Shown here one piece after another: positions 62,022-64,000 of a stretch of DNA of 64,000 bases; the stretch's first letter is position 1; each line of letters begins with the position of its first letter. Origin of the DNA: Vicugna vicugna. Taxonomy: Eukaryota. The notes below the pieces were generated by a model that saw only the letters and a program-made list of their open reading frames with translations, ran no database searches and was not told the origin of the DNA. The stretch spans positions 2,604,001 to 2,668,000 of the forward strand of contig MU058636.1 of the NCBI GenBank assembly GCA_013265495.1, given 5' to 3'. The position numbers were made by a program, and so were the translations under genes.

Positions 62022-64000
62022 TATTTTTTTTAACAGATCTAGGCTTACAGAAAGTACAGATAGTTCCCATATGCCCCTTTACTCTTTGCCCCAGTTTACT
62101 CTATTAAAAATAAGGTAAAACATCTTGTATTATTGTGATATATTGGTTACAACTGACAGATTATTATTAATTAAATTCAATAGTTTACATTAGGGCTCAC
62201 TCTTTGTGTTGTATACTCTGTGGATCTGACAAATATATAATGACTTACACCCATCATTCCAATGTCATTCAGAGTAGTTGCACTGCCCTCAACCCCCCTG
62301 TGCTCCAGCTCTTCACCCCTCCCCCCACACCTGACCGACTGGCTGGCAGCCACTCAGCTTTTTACTGTCTCCATAGGTTTGCTTTCTCCAGTCTGCCAAA
62401 TGATTGAAATCATACAACATGTAACCTTTTTCAGATTGGCTTCTTTAAGTTAGGAATATGCACTGAAGTTTCCTCCATGTCTTTTTGTGGCTTAATAGCT
62501 CATTTATTTTTTATTGCACAACACTATTCCATTATGTGGATATACCACAGTTTATCTGTTCACCTATTGAAGGACATCTTGGTTGCTTCCAGTTTCAGCA
62601 GTTATGAATAATTTGTTTAAACATTCATGTTCAGGTTTTTGTGTAGACATAAGTTTTCAACTCATTTGGATAAGTGCCAAGGAACATAATTGCTGGATCG
62701 TATGTTAAGAGTATGTTTAATTTTGTTAATAAAATATCAAATTGTCTTCCAAAGTGACTGTACCATTTTGCATTCTCACCAGCAATGAATGAGAGTTCCT
62801 GTTGCTCCACATCCTCACTAGCATTTGGTGTTGTCAGTGTTTTGAGTTTTTTCCATTCCAATAGATACGAGGTATCTCGTTGTTTTAACTTGCAGTTCCC
62901 TTATGTCATACAGTGTTGAACATTTTTTCATATGCTTATTTGCCATCTGTGTGTCTTCTTTGGTAAGGTGTCTATTCAGATCTCAGGCCCGTTTTTGAAT
63001 CAGGTTGTTTGTTCTCTTACTGTTGAGTTTTAAGAGTTCTTTGTGTATTTTGGATACCAGTACTTTATGAAATATGTATTTTCAAATATCTTCTCCCAAA
63101 CTGTGGCATGCTGTTTCATTCTATGAACATTATCTTTTATAGAGCATCAATTTTAAATTTTGATGAAAGCCAACTTATCAATTTTTTCTTTCATATATCT
63201 TGATTTTGGTGTTGTATCTAAAATGTCATTGCCACACCCAAGATCATCTAATTGTTATCTTTATCCCAAGTTAACTTCTAGGAGTTTATGGTTTTGCACT
63301 TTACATTTAGGTTTATGATCCATTTTGGATTAATTTTTGTGAAAGGTGAAAGGTCTGTGTCTGAATTTAGTGTTTTGCATGTGGATGTCCAATTGTTCTA
63401 GCACATTTTGCTGGAAAGCCTATCCTTTCTCCGATGAATTGCCCTTGCTCTTTGGTCAAAGATCAGATGACTATAAGCGTGTGGGTCTATTACTGGGGTC
63501 TGTGTTATATTCTCCAATACCACACTGTCTTGATGACTGTAGCATTATAGCAAGTCTTAAAGCAGGGTCATGTCAGTTCTCTCTTCTTCTCCTTTAATAT
63601 TAGGTTGCCTATTCTGGGTCTTTTGCCATTTCATATAAACTTTAAAATTGGTTTGTCAGTATCGATGATGTAACTTGCCGGGGTTTTTATTGGTATTACA
63701 TCAAATCTATAGATCAAGGAGAACTGGCATTTTGACAACATTGTCTTCCTATCCATGTTTATAGAATATCTCTCTATTTTTTTTTAGATCTTCTTTGATT
63801 TCTTTCACTGGTGTTTTGTAGTTTTCCTTGTATAGATCTTGTACATATTTTGTTAGATTTATACCAAAATATTTCACATTTGGAGGTGCTAACACAAATG
63901 GTACTGTTTTTCATTTAAAATTCCAGCTGATGGTATGTACTAAATTCACTGATGGTATGTACTAAAGCAATTGGCTTTTGAATATTAACGTTGTATCCTG
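62022..64000 (-). mobile_element. L1MC/MB-type element, antisense (3'UTR plus ORF2), running off the window end
   Basis: ORF 62631..62861 (-) reads NASEDVEQQELSFIAGENAKWYSHF..YDPAIMFLGTYPNELKTYV, the ORF2p C-terminus. The 3' end reads gtacagatagttcccatat. Confidence 0.92.

Overview
This is mammalian genomic DNA, most likely camelid (Camelus/Vicugna/Lama). The evidence is two copies of a tRNA-derived SINE resembling the camelid Vic-1 family, plus several artiodactyl-type L1 3' tails. I recognise no intact protein-coding gene, rRNA, functional tRNA or CRISPR array. The only ORFs in the track with recognisable homology are decayed LINE-1 ORF1/ORF2 fragments. Much of the window is interspersed repeat: L1 of several ages, L2, CR1/L3, MIR, MLT1/MLT2 LTRs, an ERV1-like solo LTR, and MER3/MER5A/MER91 DNA transposons. 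Repeat family names are from memory of consensus sequences, not a database search. The most notable non-repeat signal is a run of about 12 minus-strand exon-like blocks at ~1.6-18.8 kb, with one more at 30.9 kb. They have AG/GT splice boundaries of mixed strength and protein-like frames broken by scattered stops, so they may be a decayed multi-exon gene or a lncRNA derived from one; I cannot name it. Other notable structures are a nested tandem duplication at 27.1 kb, an L1 inserted into a SINE tail at 38.5-40.0 kb, a rearranged L1 at 46.2-46.8 kb, an E-box/HRE inverted repeat at 41.3 kb, an LTR promoter followed by an exon-like block at 50.1-50.7 kb, and a strong G-quadruplex motif at 60.5 kb. 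Nothing here is demonstrably a new biological system.
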